A stretch of 64,000 bases of DNA from Flavobacteriaceae bacterium (GTDB lineage Bacteria; Bacteroidota; Bacteroidia; Flavobacteriales; Flavobacteriaceae): NCBI GenBank assembly GCA_028825365.1, contig JAPKAF010000001.1, positions 22,444-86,443 on the forward strand, read 5' to 3'. Each line of letters begins with the position of its first letter. The stretch's first letter is position 1. Positions 47,160-57,665 of this stretch are shown one piece after another. Under the pieces are notes generated by a model. It did no database searches. It had not been told where the DNA came from and saw only the letters and a program-made list of their open reading frames with translations. Both the position numbers and the translations under genes were made by a program.

Positions 47160-48253
47160 TGAAAGCAGGAATAGTAGGATTACCAAACGTAGGAAAATCA
47201 ACTTTATTTAATTGTTTATCAAACTCAAAAGCTCAAAGTGCAAATTTTCCATTTTGTACAATTGAGCCAAACATAGGTGTTGTCAATGTCCCTGATGATA
47301 GACTATCGATCTTAGAAACCTTAGTTAACCCAGAAAAAGTTATTCCAGCATCTGTAGAAATTGTAGATATAGCAGGTTTAGTTAAGGGTGCAAGTAAAGG
47401 TGAAGGGCTAGGAAATCAATTTCTAGGTAATATTAGAGAAACAGACGCTATTATCCATGTTTTAAGATGTTTTGATAATGATAATATTATTCATGTTGAT
47501 GGTTCTGTTAATCCAGTTAGAGATAAAGAGATCATTGATCTTGAATTACAGTTAAAGGATCTTGAAACTGTTTCTAAAAAAATAGAAAAGACTGCTAGAA
47601 CTGCTAAAACCGGAAACAAAGAGGCACAAAAAGAATTAGCAATTCTCAATCAAATTAAAGCTCATTTAGAATCTTTCAAGTCAGTTAGATCTATTGAGTT
47701 TGATTCCGAAAGCTATTTGACTTTTGTAGTTCCTTTACAGTTGATAACTGATAAGCCTGTTTTATATGTTTGCAATGTAGATGAGTCTAGTGCGAATAGC
47801 GGTAATCATTACGTTGATACCATAAAAGATTTAGTTTCGAATGAAAATGCTGAGGTTATTACTTTAGCTGTTGGTATAGAAGCGGATATTAATGAATTAG
47901 ATGATTTTGAAGAAAGAAAGATTTTTTTGGAAGATATAGGTTTAACAGAACCTGGCTCCTCAAAATTATTGAAGTCCACATATAAATTACTTAACTTACA
48001 AACTTACTTTACTGCTGGAGTTAAAGAAGTGAGAGCTTGGACAATTCCAGTTGGTTCTACTGCTCCACAAGCGGCAGGAGTAATACATACTGATTTTGAA
48101 AAAGGCTTTATTAGAGCAGAAGTTATTTCTTATAATAACTACGTTACTTATAAAAATGAAGTAAAAGTAAAAGAAGCTGGTAAAATGAATATTGAAGGAA
48201 AAAACTATATTGTTAGTGATGGTGATGTAATGCATTTCTTATTTAATGTTTAA
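47159..48253 (+). CDS. ychF: redox-regulated ribosome-binding ATPase YchF
   Basis: 364 aa with the N-terminus GIVGLPNVGKSTLFN and a C-terminal TGS-like domain. Its start overlaps the ferredoxin stop (TAATG). Confidence 0.9.
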   Translation: MKAGIVGLPNVGKSTLFNCLSNSKAQSANFPFCTIEPNIGVVNVPDDRLSILETLVNPEKVIPASVEIVDIAGLVKGASKGEGLGNQFLGNIRETDAIIHVLRCFDNDNIIHVDGSVNPVRDKEIIDLELQLKDLETVSKKIEKTARTAKTGNKEAQKELAILNQIKAHLESFKSVRSIEFDSESYLTFVVPLQLITDKPVLYVCNVDESSANSGNHYVDTIKDLVSNENAEVITLAVGIEADINELDDFEERKIFLEDIGLTEPGSSKLLKSTYKLLNLQTYFTAGVKEVRAWTIPVGSTAPQAAGVIHTDFEKGFIRAEVISYNNYVTYKNEVKVKEAGKMNIEGKNYIVSDGDVMHFLFNV

Positions 48254-48387
48254 AAAATACCAGATCTAAAGTTTAAATTCATGTTCTCAACAAACAATAG
48301 CTTTTTGTTAATTACTTTGTTGTTTCTTGATTTCTTTTTTTATTATGATATACTATATTAGCAACTTGCTTATATAGATTTATTCTC

Positions 48388-50247
48388 ATGTCATCAAATA
48401 ATAATTATACAGAAGATAATATTCGTTCTTTAGACTGGAAAGAACATATTAGAATGCGTCCTGGGATGTATATTGGTAAACTTGGTGATGGATCCTCACA
48501 AGATGATGGTATTTATATTCTTTTAAAAGAAGTTTTAGATAACTCTATCGATGAGTTTGTAATGGGTGCAGGAAAAACCATTGATGTTTCAATAAATCAA
48601 ACTAAAGTTACTGTCAGAGACTTTGGTCGTGGAATCCCACTAGGTAAAGTCGTTGATGTAGTTTCAAAAATGAATACTGGAGGAAAGTATGACTCTAAAG
48701 CATTCAAAAAAGCAGTTGGATTAAATGGTGTAGGTACTAAAGCAGTTAATGCGCTTTCTGAGTATTTTAGAGTTGAATCAACTAGAGATGGTTATTCAGT
48801 TGCTGCTGAATTTAGCAAAGGTTCACTTACAAATCATGAGGATAAATCAGAATCTACAAGGCGAAAAGGCACAAAGGTTTCTTTTGTTCCAGATCAAACT
48901 ATTTTCAAGAACTTCAAATACAGAAATGAATATATTTCTAGAATGCTGAAGAATTATGTTTATTTGAATCCAGGCTTAACAATAGTCTTTAATGGAGAGA
49001 AATTTTTTAGTGAAAATGGTTTAAAAGATTTGTTAAGTGAAAGAATTAATGAGAGCGATACGTTATATCCAATCATACATATAAAAGGAGAAGACATAGA
49101 GGTTGCTATTACTCATAGTAAAACACAATATAGCGAAGAGTATCATTCTTTTGTTAATGGACAAAATACAACTCAAGGTGGGACTCATTTATTAGCTTTT
49201 AGAGAAGGTTTGGTAAGAACAATTAGAGAGTTTTATAATAAGAGCTATGATGCTTCAGATATTAGAAAATCTATTGTTTCTGCTGTTTCTATCAAAGTTA
49301 TGGAGCCCGTTTTTGAAAGTCAAACAAAAACAAAACTTGGGTCTACTGATATGGGAGGGGAATTACCTACTGTCAGAACTTATATTAATGAATTTTTAAA
49401 GAATAGTTTAGATAATTATCTTCATAAAAACCCTAAAATTGCCGACTCTATTCAAAGAAAAATACTTCAGGCTGAAAAAGAAAGAAAGGAACTTTCAGGT
49501 ATTAGAAAACTAGCCAGAGATAGGGCTAAAAAGGCTAGTATTCATAATAAAAAACTTAGAGATTGCAGAATACATTTAGGAGATCTTAAAAGTGAGCGTA
49601 GACTAGAATCTACTTTATTTATTACAGAAGGAGACTCTGCTTCTGGAAGTATCACTAAATCTCGGGATGTTAACACACAAGCAGTATTTAGTTTAAAAGG
49701 AAAGCCGTTAAACTCCTATGGTTTAACAAAAAAAATAGTCTATGAAAATGAAGAATTCAACCTACTTCAAGCAGCTTTAAATATTGAAGAATCTATCGAG
49801 TATTTACGTTATAATAATGTAGTAATCGCTACAGATGCTGATGTTGATGGTATGCATATTAGATTATTACTTATTACATTTTTTCTTCAATTTTTCCCTG
49901 AATTAATTAAAGAGGGGCATATTTACATACTTCAAACTCCACTTTTTAGGGTCAGAAACAAAAAAGAAACTATTTATTGTTATTCTGAAATTGAAAGAGT
50001 GAATGCTTTAGAAAAATTAAAACCTAGTCCTGAGATTACAAGGTTTAAAGGCTTAGGTGAGATTTCTCCGGATGAATTCAAGCATTTTATAGGAGATAAT
50101 ATTAGATTAGACCCAATAATGTTAGACGAAGGAATGTCTATTGAAGACTTACTTAGCTTTTACATGGGAAAAAACACACCAGACAGACAAAGTTTTATTA
50201 TAAATAATTTGAAGGTTGAATTAGATTTGATTGAAAATAAAAAATAA
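48388..50247 (+). CDS. parE: DNA topoisomerase IV subunit B
   Basis: 619 aa with a GHKL ATPase ([12 protein letters not shown]), a Toprim domain ([12 protein letters not shown]) and DADVDGMHI. It is short relative to GyrB and is followed by a ParC-type A subunit. Confidence 0.85.
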   Translation: MSSNNNYTEDNIRSLDWKEHIRMRPGMYIGKLGDGSSQDDGIYILLKEVLDNSIDEFVMGAGKTIDVSINQTKVTVRDFGRGIPLGKVVDVVSKMNTGGKYDSKAFKKAVGLNGVGTKAVNALSEYFRVESTRDGYSVAAEFSKGSLTNHEDKSESTRRKGTKVSFVPDQTIFKNFKYRNEYISRMLKNYVYLNPGLTIVFNGEKFFSENGLKDLLSERINESDTLYPIIHIKGEDIEVAITHSKTQYSEEYHSFVNGQNTTQGGTHLLAFREGLVRTIREFYNKSYDASDIRKSIVSAVSIKVMEPVFESQTKTKLGSTDMGGELPTVRTYINEFLKNSLDNYLHKNPKIADSIQRKILQAEKERKELSGIRKLARDRAKKASIHNKKLRDCRIHLGDLKSERRLESTLFITEGDSASGSITKSRDVNTQAVFSLKGKPLNSYGLTKKIVYENEEFNLLQAALNIEESIEYLRYNNVVIATDADVDGMHIRLLLITFFLQFFPELIKEGHIYILQTPLFRVRNKKETIYCYSEIERVNALEKLKPSPEITRFKGLGEISPDEFKHFIGDNIRLDPIMLDEGMSIEDLLSFYMGKNTPDRQSFIINNLKVELDLIENKK

Positions 50248-50249
50248 TA

Positions 50250-52862
50250 ATGACAGAAGATATAAATGAAAGTAGTCAATTAGAAAACAATGAATCTATT
50301 ACCAGAATCACTGGTATGTACAAAGATTGGTTTCTAGATTATGCTTCTTATGTTATTTTAGAAAGAGCAGTTCCTGCTATTGAAGATGGTTTTAAACCAG
50401 TTCAAAGAAGAATCATGCAGTCGATGAAAGATTTAGACGATGGTAGATACAACAAAGTAGCTAACATTGTTGGCCATACTATGCAATATCACCCTCATGG
50501 AGATGCAAGTATTGCAGATGCCATGGTTCAAATTGGTCAAAAAGACTTATTAATTGATACACAAGGAAATTGGGGAAACACATTGACTGGAGATAGAGCC
50601 GCTGCATCAAGATACATTGAGGCTAGGATATCTAAATTTGGTCTAGATGTAATTTTTAATCCTAAAATCACAAAATGGCAAGCGTCTTATGATGGGAGAA
50701 GAAAAGAGCCTATAAATCTACCTGTGAAGTTCCCGTTATTATTAGCACAAGGAGCGGAGGGTATTGCTGTTGGCTTATCTACTAAAATTTTATCGCATAA
50801 TTTTATTGAGCTAATTGACTCTTCAATAAAACATTTACAGGGAAAAAAAATAAGTATTTTACCTGATTTTATTACAGGTGGTATAGCAGATTTTTCGAAT
50901 TATAATGATGGTAAAAGAGGTGGTAAAGTTCGTCTAAGAGCTAAAATATCTACAGCTGATAAATCAACTTTATTAATTTCTGAAATACCATATGGAACAA
51001 CAACAACCTCTTTGATAGATTCAATTTTAAAAGCTAACGATAGAGGTAAAATTAGAATTAAGAAAATTGATGATAATACAGCTTCAAAAGTAGAAATTTT
51101 AATATATCTGCCAAATGGTATATCACCCGATAAGACTATAGATGCTCTTTATGCTTTTACTAATTGTGAAACATCTATTTCCCCTTTGGGCTGCGTTATA
51201 GAAAATAATAGCCCTCTCTTTACAGGAGTTTCTGATATTTTAAAGACATCAACTGATAACACAGTAGATTTATTAAAACAAGAACTGTTAATAAAATTAG
51301 GTGAACTTGAGAACCAATGGCATTACTCATCTCTTGAAAGAATTTTTATTGAAAATAAAATTTATCGAGATATTGAAAATCAGGATACTTGGTCTGGTGT
51401 ATTAAAGGCTATAGAGAAAGGATTAGACAAATTTATAGCTCATTTAAAAAGAGGTGTCATTGAAGAAGATATTGTTAGGTTGACTGAAATTAAAATTAAA
51501 AGAATATCCAAATTTGACAAAGATAAAGCTAGTGACAAAATCATTGATTTAGAAAATCAAATCAAAGAAGTGAAGAACAACCTTGATGATATAATTAATT
51601 TCTCTATTTCTTATTTTAAGAAATTAAAGAAAGATTATTCAGAAAATCGTGAAAGAAAAACTGAAATAAGATTATTTGATGATGTTGATGCTACTAAAGT
51701 AGTTATCAGAAATACAAAACTTTATGTAAATAGAGAAGAAGGTTTTATAGGTACATCATTAAGGAAAGACGAGTATGTTTGCGACTGTAGTGATATTGAC
51801 GATTTAATTGTGTTCACAAAAGATTCTAAAGTAGTTATAACCAAAGTAGGTTCGAAGACTTTTATTGGTAAAAATATTATACATGCTGCTGTTTTTAAAA
51901 AGAAAGACACTAGGACCATCTATAATATGATATATAAAGATGGAGATAAAAGCTTTTATTATTTAAAAAGGTTTGCAGTGTCTGGGGTAACTAGAGATAA
52001 ATCATACAGTTTAAGTTCCTCTAAAAGTGAATCAGATGTGGTGTATTTCTCTGCAAACCCCAATGGAGAAGCTGAAATTGTCACTATTTTATTAAGACAG
52101 TCTGCAAAGTTAAAAAAACTAAAATGGGATTTAAACTTTTCGGATCATATAATTAAAGGTAGGTCTTCAAGAGGTAATATTGTTTCTAAAAACAGTATCA
52201 ATAAAATTGAACTAAAAGAAAAAGGAGTATCTACATTAAAGCCAAGAAAAGTCTGGTTTGATGATGCTGTTCAAAGGTTAAATGTTGATGGTAGGGGAGA
52301 GCTTCTTGGTGAATTTAGTGGTGAAGACAAGTTGTTAGTAATTAGACAAAATGGAACTCTCAAAACTATTTCGCCAGAAATAACTACTCACTTTTCTGAA
52401 GATATGATTGTTTTAGAAAAATGGGTTCCAAAAAAACCAATCTCAGCAATATATTATGACGGATTAAAAGAAAAATATTTCCTAAAAAGATTCTTAATAG
52501 AAAATGAAAATAGAGAGGAGATTTTTATTACAGAACATAAAAATTCATTATTAGAGATCATTACTACTGATTGGAAGCCAGTAATAGAAATAGTTTATAA
52601 TAAAGATCGAAATAAAGAGCAAAAGCCAAATACTGTAGTAAATATTGATGAGTTCATTTCATTAAAAGGTATTAAGGCTAAAGGCAATCAATTAACTAAC
52701 TCTAAAGTAAAGCAGATTAACTTAATTGATTCAATAGAGTTTACTCCTCCAGTAGAGGTTTCTGCAAACGAAATTGAGGTAGTAGATGTTAGTGAAATTA
52801 AGAATAAAATTGAAGAATCTGATGAGACAGATTTAGACCAAGGTCAAATAACCTTATTCTAA
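50250..52862 (+). CDS. parC: DNA topoisomerase IV subunit A
   Basis: 870 aa with the motifs DGFKPVQRRI and AASRYIEAR (catalytic Tyr region). It starts 2 nt after parE. Confidence 0.85.
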   Translation: MTEDINESSQLENNESITRITGMYKDWFLDYASYVILERAVPAIEDGFKPVQRRIMQSMKDLDDGRYNKVANIVGHTMQYHPHGDASIADAMVQIGQKDLLIDTQGNWGNTLTGDRAAASRYIEARISKFGLDVIFNPKITKWQASYDGRRKEPINLPVKFPLLLAQGAEGIAVGLSTKILSHNFIELIDSSIKHLQGKKISILPDFITGGIADFSNYNDGKRGGKVRLRAKISTADKSTLLISEIPYGTTTTSLIDSILKANDRGKIRIKKIDDNTASKVEILIYLPNGISPDKTIDALYAFTNCETSISPLGCVIENNSPLFTGVSDILKTSTDNTVDLLKQELLIKLGELENQWHYSSLERIFIENKIYRDIENQDTWSGVLKAIEKGLDKFIAHLKRGVIEEDIVRLTEIKIKRISKFDKDKASDKIIDLENQIKEVKNNLDDIINFSISYFKKLKKDYSENRERKTEIRLFDDVDATKVVIRNTKLYVNREEGFIGTSLRKDEYVCDCSDIDDLIVFTKDSKVVITKVGSKTFIGKNIIHAAVFKKKDTRTIYNMIYKDGDKSFYYLKRFAVSGVTRDKSYSLSSSKSESDVVYFSANPNGEAEIVTILLRQSAKLKKLKWDLNFSDHIIKGRSSRGNIVSKNSINKIELKEKGVSTLKPRKVWFDDAVQRLNVDGRGELLGEFSGEDKLLVIRQNGTLKTISPEITTHFSEDMIVLEKWVPKKPISAIYYDGLKEKYFLKRFLIENENREEIFITEHKNSLLEIITTDWKPVIEIVYNKDRNKEQKPNTVVNIDEFISLKGIKAKGNQLTNSKVKQINLIDSIEFTPPVEVSANEIEVVDVSEIKNKIEESDETDLDQGQITLF

Positions 52863-53225
52863 GATAACAGCAGTTCCTTGTTGTTTTATTGTTTCCCCTA
52901 CATAAGAATACTCAAAATCATAAGAATCTTCATATGTTCTTAATATTTTAACTAGTACTGGTTTTTTCTGCTGAATATTTATAGGGTTAATTGTAGTGAA
53001 CACTACTTCGCAATCATTGACCCATCTAACATAGCTTGAATCTATAACATTATTAAAAATTTCAATTTGAATACTATCATTTCTAGTAAAAATAGATACA
53101 TATTCTATTTCATCTATAGTGATTACACTTTTATATTTTCCATTTTTAAAGTTCTCACAAACTCTTTCTTGGTTGGAGTTACAAGACAAAAAAAGTATAA
53201 GCAAAAATAGACTGAAATATTTCAT
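52854..53225 (-). CDS. small lipoprotein, unknown function
   Basis: 123 aa with a signal peptide and the lipobox-like LFLSCN. Confidence 0.5.
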   Translation of the reverse strand: MKYFSLFLLILFLSCNSNQERVCENFKNGKYKSVITIDEIEYVSIFTRNDSIQIEIFNNVIDSSYVRWVNDCEVVFTTINPINIQQKKPVLVKILRTYEDSYDFEYSYVGETIKQQGTAVILE

Positions 53226-53289
53226 AGTTATTTAAATGATCTTGATGCAATTTAATTAAAAATTATAACTTAGCTTACTATCTTAGTCA

Positions 53290-54405
53290 ATGAAAAATAT
53301 TAAAAATATAATTCGGGTTTTTGAAAAATTCAGACTGTTAGGTCTTAATAGTAAGTACCTAAATAATGATCATCTTGCATTTGATAAATCAAGCTGTGTT
53401 TATAAAATTAAAGAAATTGGCCTTAGCGAAAATGGTGAATCGATTAATACTGTTCAAATAGGTTCCGGAAAAATCAAAATACTTATTTGGTCTCAAATGC
53501 ATGGAAATGAATCTACATCAACCAAAAGTTTACTAGATTTAATTAATTCCTTTCATAATAATGAGTTTTATGAAATATTAAAAAATTGTAGTTTATATAT
53601 TATCCCCATACTTAATCCTGATGGTGCTAGATTATATACCAGAGAGAATTTTAATAAAATAGACCTTAATAGAGATGCTAAAGAAAATTCACAATTAGAG
53701 TCGAAGCTGTTGAATTCTTATTTTGAAAAAATTAAGCCTAACTATTGTTTTAATTTACATGACCAAAGGACTATTTACGGAGGTAAAAATGGAAATAATC
53801 CAAGTGGGTTAAGCTTTTTAGCTCCTTGCTATGACTATGAAAACTCTATAAATAGTAGTAGGGCTAATGCAATGTTTTTAATTGAGGGTATATACAGTGA
53901 ACTTTCAAACATCATTAATGACAAGGTAAGATTATATGACGATAATTATAATTACAACTGCTTTGGTGATCATTTTCAAAAGAAAGGATCATCAACTGTT
54001 TTATTTGAATCTGGTTTTTTTGATTTGGATTATAATAGAGAAACAACAAGAAAATATATGTTTGTTTCGTTGGTGATAGCACTTAATATTATTTGTAACA
54101 AAAAGAACTATACTTCAAAAGTTAATTACTCTCTTATTCCGAAAAATAAAATTAGATTTTTCGATATTATTCTCAATAATGTTTCAGCTAAGAATTCAGG
54201 AATTCAGGTTGGAGTGAATTTTAAAGAAACTCTTTGTGATAATGAAATAATTTTCAAACCTATAATTAGTGATATAGGAGATTTAACTAATTTCTTAGGC
54301 CATAGAGAGATTGATTTAAGTACTATCAACTACAATAGAGATTTAATATCTTTTAAGATTGGTGCTGAATTAAATGAATCTTTAGCAAATAGCCTTAATC
54401 TCTAG
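53290..54405 (+). CDS. M14 family zinc carboxypeptidase-like protein
   Basis: 371 aa with the zinc motif HGNES (HxxE), a downstream FNLHDQ histidine, and no obvious signal peptide. Confidence 0.7.
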   Translation: MKNIKNIIRVFEKFRLLGLNSKYLNNDHLAFDKSSCVYKIKEIGLSENGESINTVQIGSGKIKILIWSQMHGNESTSTKSLLDLINSFHNNEFYEILKNCSLYIIPILNPDGARLYTRENFNKIDLNRDAKENSQLESKLLNSYFEKIKPNYCFNLHDQRTIYGGKNGNNPSGLSFLAPCYDYENSINSSRANAMFLIEGIYSELSNIINDKVRLYDDNYNYNCFGDHFQKKGSSTVLFESGFFDLDYNRETTRKYMFVSLVIALNIICNKKNYTSKVNYSLIPKNKIRFFDIILNNVSAKNSGIQVGVNFKETLCDNEIIFKPIISDIGDLTNFLGHREIDLSTINYNRDLISFKIGAELNESLANSLNL

Positions 54406-54487
54406 ATAAAATTTAATTAATAGTATGTTTTTTTAAGAATAATTCAATGTTTTTGTATAAATTAGCTTTTATTTTAATAAAACACTT

Positions 54488-54973
54488 ATGCAATCAAAAT
54501 TTAAATTAGATGAAATAGATCATCAAATACTAGACATGTTAATTGACAATACTAGAGTTCCTTTTACTGACATAGCAAAAAAACTTTTGATTTCAGCTGG
54601 AACTGTTCATGTAAGAGTTAAGAAAATGGAAGATGCTGGTCTAATAAAAGGTTCTTCATTAATATTAGATTATAATAAGCTTGGTTATTCGTTTATCGCT
54701 TATGTTGGAATATACTTAGAGAATACATCTCAAGTTCAATTTGTTGTAGAGAGGATTAATGAAATTCCAAATGTAACTGTAGCTCATATAACAACTGGAA
54801 AGTTTAATATTTATGCAAAGATTAGAGCAAAAGACACTAACGATGCTAAGGATATTATATTTAAATTAGATGATATTGAGGGTGTTTACAGGACTGAATC
54901 CATGATTTCTCTTGAAGAGAGTATTAATGATAAAAAAAGATTAATGCATGCGATTTTCAACGAACTTATCTAA
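54488..54973 (+). CDS. Lrp/AsnC family transcriptional regulator
   Basis: 161 aa with an N-terminal HTH (LDEIDHQILDMLIDNTRVPFTDIAKKLLISAGTVHVRVKKM) and a RAM-type C-terminal domain. Confidence 0.85.
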   Translation: MQSKFKLDEIDHQILDMLIDNTRVPFTDIAKKLLISAGTVHVRVKKMEDAGLIKGSSLILDYNKLGYSFIAYVGIYLENTSQVQFVVERINEIPNVTVAHITTGKFNIYAKIRAKDTNDAKDIIFKLDDIEGVYRTESMISLEESINDKKRLMHAIFNELI

Positions 54974-56045
54974 GCTCATTTAAATAATATAAAAAAGACT
55001 CTTTAATAAGCTTATCATCGACTTTTTGATCTATAACTACTTCGCCAATATCTTTTAATAGTACAAAATTAATTTCACCATTTCTATTTTTTTTATCGTA
55101 CTTAAGAAGTTTAATTATCTCATTGATATCAATATCTGTGAATTTAGTTTTTTTGAAAATATTTAGAAAAAATTTATTTATAGAATTGTTCAAGTCTTTA
55201 TTGAAACCCAATTTAATAGTTGATATATATCCTTCTAATATCATGCCAATGGCTATACTTTCTCCGTGTGTTAGTGTTTGATGATGTTTAGAATTCAAAC
55301 AAAATGACTCTACAGCGTGTCCAATTGTATGTCCATAATTTAATACTTTTCTGATGTTTTTTTCATTTGGGTCCTTATCTACAATTTCAGATTTAATTAA
55401 TATTGAGTTGTAAAAAGTATAGCCTATCTGAAAATCAGTTATATCAATAGTTTTAATTTTATCCCAATTATTTTTACTGGAAATTAATGAATGTTTTATC
55501 ATTTCACTAAAACCAGAATTCATTTCAATTTGAGGTAATGTTTTTAAGAAAATTGGATCAATTATAATCATAGATGGATTATTAATCACCCCAATTTGGT
55601 TTTTTATATTATTTAAATCAACTCCTGTCTTACCTCCAATAGAAGCATCAACCATTGCTAATAGGGTAGTAGGTACATTGATAAAATCGAAACCTCTCAT
55701 AAAAGTAGAAGCTACAAACCCTCCAAGATCAGTTACCACTCCACCTCCTAAATTTATTATTAATGAACTTATATCAGCTCCAGCTTCAGAGAGACTGCTC
55801 CATATTATTTGACATGTAGATATATTTTTGTTTTCTTCTCCTTTAGGAAAACTAATTTCTATGAAACTTCTATTTTTAGATTTGTTTAATTTAGAAATAA
55901 AAATATCATAACAATATTTAGTCGTATCACTATCAGTTAATACAATGATTTTTGATAAATCATTTTCATCTAAATATGTGTTTAATTTAGAATAAGCATT
56001 TTCTCCAAAATGAATTGGATAGTTGTTTGTTGAAATAGACTTCAT
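54966..56045 (-). CDS. aroB: 3-dehydroquinate synthase
   Basis: 359 aa with the glycine-rich NAD motif LGGGVVTDLGGFVAS and metal ligands in the HTIGHAVE / HGESIA context. Confidence 0.85.
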   Translation of the reverse strand: MKSISTNNYPIHFGENAYSKLNTYLDENDLSKIIVLTDSDTTKYCYDIFISKLNKSKNRSFIEISFPKGEENKNISTCQIIWSSLSEAGADISSLIINLGGGVVTDLGGFVASTFMRGFDFINVPTTLLAMVDASIGGKTGVDLNNIKNQIGVINNPSMIIIDPIFLKTLPQIEMNSGFSEMIKHSLISSKNNWDKIKTIDITDFQIGYTFYNSILIKSEIVDKDPNEKNIRKVLNYGHTIGHAVESFCLNSKHHQTLTHGESIAIGMILEGYISTIKLGFNKDLNNSINKFFLNIFKKTKFTDIDINEIIKLLKYDKKNRNGEINFVLLKDIGEVVIDQKVDDKLIKESFLYYLNELR

Positions 56046-56104
56046 AGATTAAAAATAATATTAAAAATAGTAGTTTATAATTTATAAAGTACAATGTATA
56101 TGAA

Positions 56105-56112
56105 TATATTTG
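56105..56112 (+). promoter_or_regulatory. -7 box (TATATTTG) for proline dehydrogenase
   Basis: Perfect TAnnTTTG lying 15 nt upstream of ATG 56128. The track's TTG start (56110) lies inside this box. Confidence 0.4.
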
Positions 56113-56127
56113 TTTAGTTTTTATAGG

Positions 56128-57309
56128 ATGGAAAATAACTTATTTGATAATACAGAAATAGCTTTTAAAAGCAAGTCTAAAATGGACTTATATCGAGGGT
56201 ATTATATATTTAAAATTATCTCCAAACCTATTGTTGTTTCTATTTCAAAGTTTTTTTTAACAAAATTCCCTTTTCTTTTAGGTGGCCTAACTAAGTGGTT
56301 TGTAAAGTCTTCTATATTTAAACAATTCTGTGGTGGTGAAACTGAAAAGGACTGTATAAAAACAGTAGAGAATTTAAGTTCTAGTAATATTTACTCAATA
56401 TTAGATTATTCTGTTGAGGGTTTAGTAGATAATTATGCTTTTGATAATACTGTTTCTAGAACCTTAAATCTAATTGATTTAAATACGGATAATAATTTTC
56501 CGTTTATAGTATTTAAACCCACAGCAATCGGTGAATTTAGTCTATATGAAAAGGTTTCTAAGGCTGAATCATTATCGATAGATGAAGAGCTTGAATGGAA
56601 TAAAATTATTGACAGATTTGAATTAATATGTGAGAGAGCTTCATTAAAAAATGTTTCTGTTTTAATTGACGCTGAAGAATCTTGGATTCAGCCTAGTGTA
56701 GATCAAATATTTGAAAATTTAATAATTAAATATAACTCTAAGCGAGCCACAGTTTATAATACAGTTCAAGCTTATAGAATTGATAGATTATTTTACATTA
56801 AAGAGCTAAAAAACAAATACTTTAATACTAGCGTTAATATCGGAATTAAGCTTGTTAGAGGTGCTTATATGGAAAAAGAACGTGATAGAGCTTTAGATTT
56901 AAAGTATACTTCTCCAATCCATAATAGCAAAAACGAAACAGATAAAAGTTTTAATGATTGCATGAATTATATTTTTAATAATATTAATTTATTTTCAATT
57001 TTTATTGGAAGTCATAATGAACAAAGTAATACTCTAGCAATTAAGTATATGAGTAATCATAAAATCCCTGTTAATGATGGTAAGGTTTGGTTTAGTCAAC
57101 TATATGGGATGAGTGATCATATCAGTTATAATTTATCTCATCTTGGATACAACGTAGCTAAATATTTACCTTTTGGGCCTGTAAAGGATGTTATTCCATA
57201 TCTACTAAGAAGGGCAGACGAGAACAAATCAGTTGGTGGTCAAACTTCCAGAGAATTATCACTATTTAGTAAAGAAATAAATAGAAGAAAGAATTATTCT
57301 AAAGTATAG
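56128..57309 (+). CDS. monofunctional proline dehydrogenase
   Basis: A roughly 393-aa TIM-barrel PutA-like catalytic domain with the C-terminal motif QLYGMSD...YLPFGP...YLLRRADEN. Confidence 0.75.
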   Translation: MENNLFDNTEIAFKSKSKMDLYRGYYIFKIISKPIVVSISKFFLTKFPFLLGGLTKWFVKSSIFKQFCGGETEKDCIKTVENLSSSNIYSILDYSVEGLVDNYAFDNTVSRTLNLIDLNTDNNFPFIVFKPTAIGEFSLYEKVSKAESLSIDEELEWNKIIDRFELICERASLKNVSVLIDAEESWIQPSVDQIFENLIIKYNSKRATVYNTVQAYRIDRLFYIKELKNKYFNTSVNIGIKLVRGAYMEKERDRALDLKYTSPIHNSKNETDKSFNDCMNYIFNNINLFSIFIGSHNEQSNTLAIKYMSNHKIPVNDGKVWFSQLYGMSDHISYNLSHLGYNVAKYLPFGPVKDVIPYLLRRADENKSVGGQTSRELSLFSKEINRRKNYSKV

Positions 57310-57665
57310 CTAATAATCTTAACTTCATTTTTGCAATTCTCTAATTCTACAGAATAATTTATTTGATCTATTTTTGTTTCAATTATATAAATATTACAAC
57401 TATCTAATTTAGTATTACTTTTCGAGAAATTGACTTCTCCGAATTTTACAATTTCCTGAACTCTAGAAGTTGTTATTTTATTTTTAGCAATTGCAGTAAG
57501 TAGTTTAGGTGAATAATGAAAACTCTTACTACTAATGTCATTAATTACTCTTGAATTAGGTAGGTAATTAAACTTTGTTTTCTTTTTCTGAAATAAAAAA
57601 GCTAAAAAAATCAAACCTATTGAGAGTCCAACAAAAAAATAAATAAGCCTGTTAATTAATTTCAT
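57294..57665 (-). CDS. membrane-anchored protein of unknown function
   Basis: 123 aa with a single N-terminal TM segment. Its ATG overlaps the stop of the upstream dehydrogenase gene (ATGA). Confidence 0.45.
   Translation of the reverse strand: MKLINRLIYFFVGLSIGLIFLAFLFQKKKTKFNYLPNSRVINDISSKSFHYSPKLLTAIAKNKITTSRVQEIVKFGEVNFSKSNTKLDSCNIYIIETKIDQINYSVELENCKNEVKIISYTLE

Noticed and set aside
48254-48387. Nested AT-only inverted repeats (CAACAAA ... TTTGTTG) between ychF and parE as an ncRNA or terminator.
   Set aside because: The stems are short and entirely A/T apart from a single G-C pair. Such pairings arise by chance at this base composition, and no conserved structure is recognisable.
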